Shown: positions 9,861 to 22,505, numbered from the stretch's first letter. The stretch is 32,000 bases of DNA from Psychrobacter sp. HD31 (GCF_051097895.1 NZ_CP142525.1:1050001-1082000), one strand, 5' to 3'. Translations and numbers: made by a program. Notes: a model not told the origin generated them from the sequence alone.

Positions 9861-9897
9861 GCTATATTAATTGATAATAATTATCAATTAATATAGC
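9861..9897. promoter_or_regulatory. 37-bp perfect palindrome containing a perfect 7-1-7 Fur-box core
   Basis: The sequence is GCTATATTAATTGATAAT-A-ATTATCAATTAATATAGC. The core TGATAATaATTATCA (9872-9886) matches the TGATAATnATTATCA Fur motif at 14/14 positions. It overlaps a candidate promoter, TTTACA (9839-9844) - 18 nt - TATATT (9863-9868), and ends 7 bp before the methyltransferase ATG. Confidence 0.55.
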
Positions 9898-9903
9898 ATT
9901 AAA

Positions 9904-10745
9904 ATGGCACACCTCAACACAACCCAAAATTTAAATAATATTTCTGAAACCATGCTCATTACCGTTTGGGCAAGAGCCATAGAAACCCCAAAAAAAAAGG
10001 GCTAATTAATGACCCTTTTGCCGTAGATACCATTAAAAAAATTGATTACGACTTTAGTATGTTTAATAAGGCAACCATGAGCCAAGCTGGGTGTTGTATC
10101 CGCAGTAAGCTCATAGATAATCAAACACTCACATTTATTAAACAACATCCAGATGCCGTTATTATCCAACTTGGTGCAGGGCTAGATAGCCGTTTACAAC
10201 GCTTGCAATTACAAGCCCCTGACACAGTCGCTAACATTACGCATTGGTATGATCTCGACTTAGCAGAACCAATAAGTATCCGCAAAGCCATCTGCCCCGC
10301 CCATCCCAAAAATAGCCTGTTAGAAATGTCGTTGTTTGATGACGATTGGATTGAAATTGTACAAACCCACAATAAACCCATACTCATTATTATTGAGGGT
10401 GTATTAATGTATTTTGAAGAAGCGGCTGTTAAAAACTTATTTACTAAATTATGCCAACGCTTTGACAAAACTACTGTCCTGATGGATATGTTAGCTTATA
10501 GCGCTAAAGGCAACGCCAAGCATCATGATTCGCTAAAACATACAAAACAAAAAAGCGAGTTTAAATGGTCTTTACTTAACAGTTCAGATATGGAGCAATG
10601 GCATAAAAAAATACACCTCACCCAAGAGATGTATATGAGTGATTATGCTGGTAAACGTTTTCCTTGGTGGATACGTCTGATATATAAAACCCCATTTGGC
10701 TATAAACATGTTAATCAAAGAATTTTACGCATTGATATTAGTTAG
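9904..10745 (+). pseudogene. Class I SAM-dependent O-methyltransferase (TcmP / leucine-carboxyl-MTase-like, COG3315), reading frame broken at an A9 tract
   Basis: The frame from ATG 9904 encodes MAHLNTTQNLNNISETMLITVWARAIETPKKKG and then stops. The rest (GLINDPFAVDTIKKIDYDF...LGAGLDSR...) continues in the -1 frame (track ORF 9966..10745, TTG start). The junction is the A9 run at 9990-9998. One extra A would give a single 280-aa ORF. Confidence 0.7.
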
Positions 10746-10761
10746 TCATTGATATTAGTTA
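10730..10761 (+). repeat. Tandem direct repeat, 2 x CATTGATATTAGTTA with 17-bp period
   Basis: Copies lie at 10730-10744 and 10747-10761, identical and separated by GT. The first copy contains the methyltransferase stop codon (TAG, 10743-10745). The second ends 3 bp before a TTGACA hexamer (10765-10770). Confidence 0.6.
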
Positions 10762-10811
10762 ATGTTGACACTTTTTAAAGTCATCCTATGTTCGCTAGAT
10801 TGTCATAAAAA

Positions 10812-10820
10812 TGGTATAAT
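10812..10820 (+). promoter_or_regulatory. Candidate extended -10 promoter for rnt
   Basis: TGgTATAAT at 10812-10820, 34 bp upstream of the rnt ATG. I found no good -35 at 17 bp. Confidence 0.4.
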
Positions 10821-10853
10821 TTTTTAACATATTTTAGCCATAAAAGCCCAGTA

Positions 10854-11585
10854 ATGACACAACAACAAGAACCCTCAGCAACCGCTAAAAGTCAATTAAC
10901 AGATTGCCAAGTGAAACCACTTTCTGAACGTTTTCGTAAATTTTTACCAGTAGTGGTTGATGTAGAAACCGCTGGATTCAACGCCCAAACTGATGCATTA
11001 CTAGAAATAGCTTGCATACCCATTTTAATGAAGGGTGATGGCGTTTTTTACCCTGGTGAAGCCATTAATGCTCATATTGAACCCTTTGAAGGCGCGAATT
11101 TAGAGCAAAGAGCATTAGACTTTATAGGTATCGATCCCAACAATCCTTTACGCAAAGCCATTGCAGAAGATGAAAAAGTAGCACTTAGGCGTATTTTTAA
11201 AGAACTAAAAAGCGTGCGTAAAGCATATGACTGCCGTCAATGTGTTTTGGTTGGTCATAACGCCCATTTTGATTTAAGTTTTTTAAATGCTGCCATCACG
11301 CGTACTAACAGCAAAAACCATAGCCCATTTCATCAATTTTCTGTTTTTGATACGGTCACCTTATCTGCCTTGGCATATGGTCAAACCGTGTTAGCAAGAG
11401 GCTGTAAAGCTGCAGGAATTGACTTTAACGGCAGTGAGGCACACTCCGCGCTCTATGATACACAGAAAACTGCAGAATTGTTTTGTCGCATTTTAAATAG
11501 TTACCCAATGTTGAGTAATGCCGTATATAGCGAAGATGAAGAAACAAGCAATGATGAAAAAAATGAGGAAGAAAATCCGATTTAA
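10854..11585 (+). CDS. rnt: Ribonuclease T (DEDDh 3'-5' exoribonuclease)
   Basis: Collinear with E. coli RNase T (RFR.F.PVV.DVETAGFNA.TDALLEIA, HNA.FD.SF, HSALYDT.KTA.LFC). It carries an extra acidic C-terminal tail (SEDEETSNDEKNEEENPI). Confidence 0.9.
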   Translation: MTQQQEPSATAKSQLTDCQVKPLSERFRKFLPVVVDVETAGFNAQTDALLEIACIPILMKGDGVFYPGEAINAHIEPFEGANLEQRALDFIGIDPNNPLRKAIAEDEKVALRRIFKELKSVRKAYDCRQCVLVGHNAHFDLSFLNAAITRTNSKNHSPFHQFSVFDTVTLSALAYGQTVLARGCKAAGIDFNGSEAHSALYDTQKTAELFCRILNSYPMLSNAVYSEDEETSNDEKNEEENPI

Positions 11586-11626
11586 TTCATAAAAAACAAT
11601 AAAAACTATTTTTTTATAAAAAAGGC

Positions 11627-11655
11627 TTGACCTATGACAAACATGCCCCTATAAT
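11627..11655 (+). promoter_or_regulatory. Sigma70-type promoter of tRNA-Glu
   Basis: TTGACC (11627-11632) - 17 nt - TATAAT (11650-11655). An A/T-rich UP-like tract lies upstream (11596-11624) and the discriminator ACGCACC follows. Confidence 0.75.
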
Positions 11656-11705
11656 ACGCACCACTTCGACATTAACGGTGAAAGCGGTCGAAGTGCAAGT
11701 CCTGC

Positions 11706-11781
<76 letters not shown>

Positions 11782-11791
11782 CTATTCAAAA

Positions 11792-11823
11792 AGCCCAATC
11801 TATAGCAGATTGGGCTTTTTCTT
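11792..11823 (+). terminator. Rho-independent terminator (bidirectional architecture)
   Basis: The stem AGCCCAATCT (11792-11801) / AGATTGGGCT (11808-11817) is followed by a T-run and preceded by an A-run. It could also stop read-through from the convergent ispD. Confidence 0.8.
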
Positions 11824-11939
11824 TATCCTTTTTTTATTATTTAAATTGTTTGATAGCTTATCAGCTGCCTATTATCTGCCAACAACCTATAAACCAAGAC
11901 TTATAGGAAAACTAGAGATAAATAAAAGTGATGCAGATA

Positions 11940-12659
11940 TTATGAGTTAAGTAAAAAACCAATTAAATCTAAGTCGCTAGGATAAGTCAGCTTCATATTA
12001 CTACGGCTACCTTCCACCACTTTTATCGGATAGCCTAATTGCTCAAAACCACTCGCTTCATCCGTGATATGAACACCCTGCTCTGCAACCGTTTTTAGCA
12101 CTTTTTGTAAATACCCTAAACGGAAAACTTGTGGTGTTTGAGCTTGCCACAACTTACTTCTATCCACCGTTTGCGTTATCACACCCTTTGCATCCACCTG
12201 TTTTAACGTATCAGCCACAGGGGTTGCCAGTATCGCGCCATACGGCTCATCCATAGCAGCTTCAATAACATTATCAACATCTTTAGGTAACACACATGGG
12301 CGGGCAGCATCATGTATCAACACTAAGTCGTTAGATCTTGCGCTACTCTCAACTATTGCTTGCATCCCCGCTTGTACCGAGTGCCAACGTTCTGCCCCGC
12401 CAATACAAAATTGCATTGCTAATGCCCAATCTAACGTTTTTGCTGTCTTATCATCGTTTGAAATCACCAAGTGACAATGCTTTATATACTGGCTTTTAGC
12501 AAGCTGACTAACACTGTGTTCTACCACTGTTTTATGATTAACCGTTAGGTATTGCTTGGGTATATTAGCCCCATAACGACTGCCCTTACCTGCTGCCACA
12601 ATCATAGCAAACACGTTAACTTTGTTATTAGCTGGTGAGTTATTTTTTTGTTGTATCAT
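11940..12659 (-). CDS. ispD: 2-C-methyl-D-erythritol 4-phosphate cytidylyltransferase
   Basis: 239 aa with the VAAGKGSR..... PKQY N-terminal motif, IHDAARP, and a position downstream of ftsB as in other gammaproteobacteria. Confidence 0.9.
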   Translation of the reverse strand: MIQQKNNSPANNKVNVFAMIVAAGKGSRYGANIPKQYLTVNHKTVVEHSVSQLAKSQYIKHCHLVISNDDKTAKTLDWALAMQFCIGGAERWHSVQAGMQAIVESSARSNDLVLIHDAARPCVLPKDVDNVIEAAMDEPYGAILATPVADTLKQVDAKGVITQTVDRSKLWQAQTPQVFRLGYLQKVLKTVAEQGVHITDEASGFEQLGYPIKVVEGSRSNMKLTYPSDLDLIGFLLNS

Positions 12660-12796
12660 ATTTTTTACGTTTTATAACCGTAAGTATAAGTAAAAGTGAC
12701 TTGAAAACTAGTAAAGTGGATACTGTCCATCGTATTAATCAATTTAAACAATTAATTGATAGGCTATACCCATTGTTCTGCTAACGCCTCTATCAT

Positions 12797-12829
12797 AAAC
12801 AAAAATCCCTCTTATAAAAAGAAGGATTT
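12797..12829 (-). terminator. Candidate rho-independent terminator after ftsB
   Basis: The minus-strand RNA reads AAAUCCUUC-uuuuuauaa-GAGGGAUUU followed by UUGUUU (9-bp stem, one G-U). It lies within the 241-bp ftsB-ispD gap. Confidence 0.5.
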
Positions 12830-12900
12830 ATTAAATGACATAGTAAATAAGTTTTTATACACTAAAACTTATTGAGCAGACTTTAATCTTAGCATTAAAG

Positions 12901-13284
12901 CTATTGCTGGTTAGTCAATGGTTCAGGAATCGACTCAACCGCATCTGGTACATTTGCATTTTGAACAGATGTGCTTTGCGTCGTCGCCGCTGTAGACATC
13001 TGAACAAATGTTTCACCTGGTTTTATCAACCCCAAGTCCAACCTTGCATGCTCTTCCACCGCCTGTAAACCTGTTTTAAGGTCAGAAACATCCGCCCGTA
13101 AAACACGATTATCTAGGCGTTGTTTATCATTTATTATTTGCTGCTCATCAATCTGCTGCAATAAATTTGCATAGTTTGCTCGACCATTTTCACCCAACCA
13201 ATATTGGTATTGAAGCCCTAAAAGAACCGCAATTGCTAATATCATTAAAATAAACTGACCAAGATACTTGATGGGATACTTCAT
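12901..13284 (-). CDS. ftsB: Cell division protein FtsB
   Basis: Single TM helix then a coiled coil. LQYQYWLGENG ... EEHARLDLGLIKPGETFVQ matches E. coli FtsB (LQYSLWFGKNG ... EERARNELSMVRPGETFYR). I trimmed it to Met15 (ATG at 13284), because the track ORF start abuts the eno stop. Confidence 0.8.
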   Translation of the reverse strand: MKYPIKYLGQFILMILAIAVLLGLQYQYWLGENGRANYANLLQQIDEQQIINDKQRLDNRVLRADVSDLKTGLQAVEEHARLDLGLIKPGETFVQMSTAATTQSTSVQNANVPDAVESIPEPLTNQQ

Positions 13285-13326
13285 CAATAAATTGCACCAT
13301 TTAAAAAATGTTAAACCAAATAACAA

Positions 13327-14658
<1,332 letters not shown>

Positions 14659-14837
14659 CTAACACCTTACAGCACTCAACATTTAAGATTAAATGCACGG
14701 TTTGATTCTAAAATTTGCTTGTTATCATAGCATAGCTGAGTTGATTTTAATAATGAAATTATACGGCAAACATCCACTGGTTATTGTCATCGCTTACCTG
14801 TTAATTATCTATATTAATAAATTCGTTATCTAAACGT

Positions 14838-14889
14838 TAAAAAACAAAAACCGTTTGCCAAGTAGCTATTAAACTCTCAGCAAACGGTT
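14838..14889 (-). terminator. Rho-independent terminator after kdsA
   Basis: A 10-bp stem AACCGTTTGC (14849-14858) / GCAAACGGTT (14880-14889) with a 21-nt loop. On the minus strand it is followed by UUUUUGUUUUUU. Confidence 0.6.
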
Positions 14890-14909
14890 ATGTTTTTACA
14901 CCTTTTATA

Positions 14910-15797
<888 letters not shown>

Positions 15798-15819
15798 TTA
15801 TGTTATTAACACTCAGCCA

Positions 15820-17454
<1,635 letters not shown>

Positions 17455-17535
17455 TTATCTATTAATCTCGTCAAACTTGTAAATGCAAATTTTACTAGAT
17501 TTAGATAAAAAAATCATTAAAACCAGACAATAAAC

Positions 17536-17566
17536 AAAAAAAATCCACGCAAATGCGTGGATTTTT
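17536..17566 (-). terminator. Rho-independent terminator after the porin gene (bidirectional architecture)
   Basis: A 10-bp stem AAATCCACGC (17541-17550) / GCGTGGATTT (17555-17564) with loop AAAT. An A-run flanks it on one side and a T-run on the other. Confidence 0.7.
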
Positions 17567-17588
17567 GAGATATAAGTATCAACAAATA

Positions 17589-18626
17589 TTAGAATTTGTG
17601 AACAATACCAGCACCTACACCATAGTAGTCATGGTCTAAGTTAGAGTTTTTGAATGACTTGTCAGTGTAACCTGCAAATACTTGAGCTTTAGTTGCTTTA
17701 GTGAACGCATAGTTACCACCTACAGAGAATACATCTACATCACTACCGTCTGCACCTTCGTAGTCACGAGCTGCATCGTATTCAGCATAAACATCCCACT
17801 TAGAACCAGGAATATCGTATTCACCAGCGATGATGTATGATTGCTCATCTTCTAGATCTTTGTTATTAAAGTCGATAGTTTGATACAAACCACTTACAGT
17901 AAGGTCACTAGTTAGGTCATAAGCAGCTGATACACGAACATCGTCCCACTCAGTTTTGCCATCTTCACCAGCGTCATCTACTTTGATGTAAGTGATACCA
18001 GCAGCTAAAGGACCGTTTTCGTATTTACCACCAACACCCCAGCTACCGTCTTGATCACCTTTTCCATCAGTTTCACCATCAGAAGCGTCAGTTAACTTGT
18101 ACATAGCCATTAGCTGTACACCGCTCATTTCTGGCGAGAAGTAAGCCATAGAGTTGTTTATACGATTACCATCAAACGAGCCAATAACTTCTGCGTCTTT
18201 GTACTCAGATGGGTTAGTGAAGTTGATTACATCATCAATTGCTGTTAAACGACCAGCAACAACTGTACCCATTTGGTCATTTGCTAAACCAACATAAGTG
18301 TCACGTTGCTTAAACTTAACATCACTACCACCACGTGGCTGATCGATATCAAAACCAAATTCTGCTTTATAGATGAAGTCAGTGTTTGCAGTGATTGCTT
18401 CGCCACCTTTAAGACCAAAACGAGTGCTGTTAGAGTCTAGAGTCAGGTCACCATCTTCCATCTTAACTTTGCCGTTTTCGTCAACAGCGTATTCATCACC
18501 ATCCATTACTGGTACTTCACTTTGGTATTGAACTTTAACGCCCGCTTTACCATATACAGTAGGTGCTGCTTGAGCTGCTGTTACAGATAATGCAGCGATA
18601 GCTGTAGTTAAAAGTAATTTTTTCAT
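17589..18626 (-). CDS. General outer-membrane porin (Gram-negative porin family)
   Basis: 345 aa with a signal peptide MKKLLLTTAIAALSVTAAQA|AP, the N-terminal TVYGK motif, alternating beta-strand pattern with many Y/G/D residues, and a C-terminal aromatic residue (..VHKF). GGAGAGG lies upstream. Confidence 0.8.
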   Translation of the reverse strand: MKKLLLTTAIAALSVTAAQAAPTVYGKAGVKVQYQSEVPVMDGDEYAVDENGKVKMEDGDLTLDSNSTRFGLKGGEAITANTDFIYKAEFGFDIDQPRGGSDVKFKQRDTYVGLANDQMGTVVAGRLTAIDDVINFTNPSEYKDAEVIGSFDGNRINNSMAYFSPEMSGVQLMAMYKLTDASDGETDGKGDQDGSWGVGGKYENGPLAAGITYIKVDDAGEDGKTEWDDVRVSAAYDLTSDLTVSGLYQTIDFNNKDLEDEQSYIIAGEYDIPGSKWDVYAEYDAARDYEGADGSDVDVFSVGGNYAFTKATKAQVFAGYTDKSFKNSNLDHDYYGVGAGIVHKF

Positions 18627-18713
18627 TGGATCCTCTCCACTTTGTTAAAAATGGGCTACTGAAACAGCGTCCCAAAATTTGGTAGCATCACATCAGTTAA
18701 ACTACCGTGATTT

Positions 18714-18721
18714 ATTATACA
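18714..18721 (-). promoter_or_regulatory. Candidate -10 element of the porin promoter
   Basis: The minus strand reads CTGTATAAT (TATAAT = 18714-18719, preceded by TG), about 90 nt upstream of the porin ATG. There is no convincing -35. Confidence 0.35.
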
Positions 18722-19210
18722 GCGAGATTATGCATTAAAATTATGACAAAATCATTAAATTATTTGTTACATGTTAACTGGTATTAAGTTGTGTAGAACA
18801 AATCAATTTGTATAACTTGAAATATTTTGTTACTAATATCGCTTTCAGTAATAGAATATCAATTCTGAAATAATTTGCAATATATTTTTTTAACTTTTCG
18901 GTTTTGTTAACATATGTAAATAAACAAAAAAATTAAAAACATCTTTATTTATTAAATAGATAGCTTTAAAAAAACCAATAAAACAAGCACAAAAAAAGTC
19001 AAAAAAAATAGTTTTTTGATTATTTTTTATACAATTTTTTGAAAAAACTCACTTAATAAGCCATCGAAATAACTGAAAAATGAATGTTTTTAGCCCATTT
19101 TTATTTTTCAGCGTTCCTGAATTCTATTCTACTCTATTTAAAAAGACAAAATAGCCAACTTATTGACCCAAAAGTCATGCGGTTAGTTTGTTTTATATAA
19201 CAAAATTGAT

Positions 19211-19246
19211 AAATAAAACAGCACTATAACATATTATAATGCTGTC
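19211..19246 (-). terminator. Rho-independent terminator after glcB
   Basis: The minus-strand RNA reads ACAGCAUUAUAA-uaug-UUAUAGUGCUGU (12-bp stem, one G-U) followed by UUUUAUUU. It lies about 60 nt after the glcB stop. Confidence 0.6.
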
Positions 19247-19308
19247 TGTTACCCTGTTTTTGTCTTATCACTTAGCTTTCCGATTTTTAAAAAATCAGAT
19301 TATTTAGT

Positions 19309-21501
19309 TTAAACCCAGCTTGCCTTCATTTCTAGGCGCGATTTGTGTAATAGCGGCTCTGTATAACCACTTGGCTGCTCACGTCCTTTAAACACTAGAT
19401 CACAGGCTGCTTTAAAGGCATAAGATGTATCAAAATTGCCATCCATTGGTAAATATGATGGATCACCTGCGTTTTGTCCATCCACCACTTTTGCCATACG
19501 CTTCATAACCGCCATGACTTGCTCTTCTGTTACTACACCATGGTGTAACCAGTTTGCGATGTGCTGACTAGAGATACGTAAAGTTGCACGGTCTTCCATC
19601 AGACCAACGTCTTTAATATCTGGCACTTTAGAACAACCAACACCTTGATCAACCCAGCGTACTACATAACCTAAAATACCCTGTGCGTTGTTTTCTAACT
19701 CTTCACGAACTTCGTCTTCACTCCAATTAGTATCTGTCGCCAATGGGATAGTCAAAATATCGTCAATATTAGCACGGTCACGTGATTTTAAGCTTTCTTG
19801 CACCGCTGGTACGTCTACTTGATGATAGTGGATGCTATGTAAGGTTGCACCTGTTGGTGATGGAACCCACGCCGTGGTTGCGCCAGATTGTGGGTGTGCC
19901 ATTTTTGTGGCAACCATTTCACGCATTTCATCTGGTTTTGCCCACATACCTTTACCAATTTGTGCTTTGCCTAACAACCCTGTTTCTAAACCAATGTCGA
20001 CATTCCAGTTTTCATAAGCAGGTTGCCATGCTTGAGTTTTCATATCACCTTTACGTACAAAGGCACCTGCTTCCATACTGGTGTGCATTTCATCACCGGT
20101 ACGGTCTAAGAAACCTGTGTTAATAAAGATAACACGCTCTTTGGCAGCACGGATACACTCTTTTAGGTTAACCGTTGTGCGACGTTCTTCATCCATAATA
20201 CCCATTTTTAAGGTGTTACGTGGCAAACCAAGCACATCTTCTGAAGCAGCAAACAATGTATTAGCAAATGCCACTTCTTCAGGACCATGCATTTTTGGTT
20301 TAACAATATACATTGATCCTTGACGAGAGTTTGATAGCTCATTATTGCCTTTAATATCGTTTAAAGTTAATAATGGTGTAATCAAGGCATCCATAATGCC
20401 TTCATAAATTTCTTCTTGCCCATTGCCTAAGTCAACCAAAATGGCTGGGTTGGTCATTAAGTGCCCAACATTACGTATTAATAAAAGGGCACGGCCTGGC
20501 AACACAAGCTCACCACCTGTTGGCGTTGTATAAACACGGTCAGGGTTTAGTTTGCGAGTCAGCTCTTTGTCACCTTTTACAAAAGTTTCTGCCAAATCGC
20601 CATTCATCAAACCAAGCCAGTTGCGATATACTTCTGTTTTCTCTTCACCATCTACCGCTGCCACTGAGTCTTCACAATCTTGAATCGCAGTAATGGCCGA
20701 CTCCAACAATACATCTTTGATATTTGCTGGGTCATCTTTACCAACTGGGTGGTTTGCATCAATTTGGATTTCTGCATGCAAATTGTTTTGTTTTAATAAA
20801 ATACCGGTTGGTTTATCATCATCACCTAAATAACCTACAAACTGAGCAGGATCCTTTAGTTCTGTTACGGTTACGCCATCACCAAGCGCCACAACCAATT
20901 TGCCATTTAATACGGCAAAACCTGTTACCTCTGAATACTTGCCACCAGTTAAAGGATAATGCTCATCTAAAAAGTTTTTAGCGTAGGCAACAACCGCAGC
21001 ACCACGCGCAGGGTTATAGCCTTTGCCTTTTTCTTTTCCATCAGTTTCATCAATCATGTCTGTGCCGTATAACGCATCATAAAAGCTGCCCCAACGTGCA
21101 TTTGCCGCATTAAGTGCATAACGTGCATTACGTACTGGAACAACCAGCTGAGGTCCAGGGATGCTAGCAATTTCTGCATCCACATTTTCGGTTGATACGC
21201 TAAAGTCATCACCTTCTGGTAATAAATAGCCAATGTCGGTTAAAAACTGTTTATAGTTATCAAAATCTATTTGACCATCTTTAGCAGGATTATCGATATG
21301 CCATTGGTTAATTTTTTGTTGGATGTCAGCACGTTTTGCTAATAGCTCTTTGTTACGAGGCGTTAGCTCTTTCACTACTTTTTCAAAGCCTTGCCAATAG
21401 GTGTCAGAATCAACACCAACGCTCGGTAAAACTTCATTTTCAATAAAGTTAAACAATTGATCATCAATTGCTAAAATACCTTTTTGAGTTCTTTCTGTCA
21501 T
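19309..21501 (-). CDS. glcB: Malate synthase G
   Basis: 730 aa and collinear with E. coli GlcB ([75 protein letters not shown]). AAGGAG lies upstream. Confidence 0.95.
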   Translation of the reverse strand: MTERTQKGILAIDDQLFNFIENEVLPSVGVDSDTYWQGFEKVVKELTPRNKELLAKRADIQQKINQWHIDNPAKDGQIDFDNYKQFLTDIGYLLPEGDDFSVSTENVDAEIASIPGPQLVVPVRNARYALNAANARWGSFYDALYGTDMIDETDGKEKGKGYNPARGAAVVAYAKNFLDEHYPLTGGKYSEVTGFAVLNGKLVVALGDGVTVTELKDPAQFVGYLGDDDKPTGILLKQNNLHAEIQIDANHPVGKDDPANIKDVLLESAITAIQDCEDSVAAVDGEEKTEVYRNWLGLMNGDLAETFVKGDKELTRKLNPDRVYTTPTGGELVLPGRALLLIRNVGHLMTNPAILVDLGNGQEEIYEGIMDALITPLLTLNDIKGNNELSNSRQGSMYIVKPKMHGPEEVAFANTLFAASEDVLGLPRNTLKMGIMDEERRTTVNLKECIRAAKERVIFINTGFLDRTGDEMHTSMEAGAFVRKGDMKTQAWQPAYENWNVDIGLETGLLGKAQIGKGMWAKPDEMREMVATKMAHPQSGATTAWVPSPTGATLHSIHYHQVDVPAVQESLKSRDRANIDDILTIPLATDTNWSEDEVREELENNAQGILGYVVRWVDQGVGCSKVPDIKDVGLMEDRATLRISSQHIANWLHHGVVTEEQVMAVMKRMAKVVDGQNAGDPSYLPMDGNFDTSYAFKAACDLVFKGREQPSGYTEPLLHKSRLEMKASWV

Positions 21502-21809
21502 ATCGATGCTCCTTTACGATGTACCTTTATCTGTACTGTGATTAATAATAAGTCTAAGATTACGCCAGACCTAACCCTTCCATCCTACTATTAATTTTAT
21601 AAATTAACAATAAAACACCATTTATTATATAAATACTTATTCTTTTTAGTAGTTATAACCTAATATTTTCAAGGTTTGCGAGTGTTAAAACCCGTTAAAC
21701 TAAGGCGTGACTCAATAGTTACAAAATTAATATTTTTTGACCATTTTTTGTTAAAATTAATTCGAGACAGATTTTGCATAACCATATTGACCTACCTATA
21801 GAGCAGCAG

Positions 21810-22505
21810 ATGAGCAATCACACCCCAACACCGTTAAATGACAAACCACAAATTAATAGAACAGAATCAACAAAAAATACCGTCACCAACCCCATAGAGG
21901 TCGATTTAAGCCATATTTATGCATTTCTTGGCTGTCGCACATCGACAGCTTGGTTAGATAAAGCCCTTGCCAATTTACCAATTATTATCCAAGATCACGC
22001 AAACTGCGAGAAAAAAGCAGCCGGCACTGCCATGAATCTCGTATTTAGATATGAGAAGCATCAAGATTTGCAATTAAAACTTGCCCAGCTAATTAGAGAA
22101 GAGATGCTCCATTATGAACAAGTGGTTGGCATTATGAATGAAAGAGGACAAACTTGGGCGTACTTGCCAGCTGGGCGTTATGCAAAAGGGATGTTAAAAC
22201 ACAAACGCACTTACGAACCAGCCGCCATGATTGATGTTTTGATTATTGGCGCATTTATTGAGGCACGATCCTGCGAACGTTTTGCTGCCTTGGCAACCGT
22301 CATAGATGATGAGCGGTTAAGTAAGTATTATCGTTATTTATTAAAATCAGAAAGCCGCCACTATGAAGATTACTTAGCCTTGGCACAGTCGGTAACTGAT
22401 GAGCCAATTGATGAGCGAGTAAAATTCTTCCAACAAGTGGAAGCAGAGCTTATCTCTAGCCCAGATACAGAGTTACGATTTCATAGTGGCGTGCCTGTTA
22501 ATTAA
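21810..22505 (+). CDS. miaE: tRNA-(ms2io6A37)-hydroxylase MiaE (diiron ferritin-like)
   Basis: FLGCRTSTAWLDKALANLPIIIQDHANCEKKAAGTAMNLVFRY together with E..H and E.RH-type diiron motifs (REEMLHYE, IEARSCERF, SESRHYE) fits the MiaE family. I preferred the ATG at 21810 to the TTG at 21774. There is a 35-aa non-conserved N-terminal extension. Confidence 0.8.
   Translation: MSNHTPTPLNDKPQINRTESTKNTVTNPIEVDLSHIYAFLGCRTSTAWLDKALANLPIIIQDHANCEKKAAGTAMNLVFRYEKHQDLQLKLAQLIREEMLHYEQVVGIMNERGQTWAYLPAGRYAKGMLKHKRTYEPAAMIDVLIIGAFIEARSCERFAALATVIDDERLSKYYRYLLKSESRHYEDYLALAQSVTDEPIDERVKFFQQVEAELISSPDTELRFHSGVPVN

Noticed and set aside
19782-20123. Antisense or alternate-frame ORFs of 60-115 aa inside large genes. 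Examples: 19782..20123 in glcB, 10121..10468 in the methyltransferase, 817..1044 in SCO1, 16079..16348 in pyrG and 27959..28246 in the helicase.
   Set aside because: All are fully embedded in strongly supported CDSs. They have no RBS or recognisable motifs and show low-complexity composition typical of shadow ORFs.
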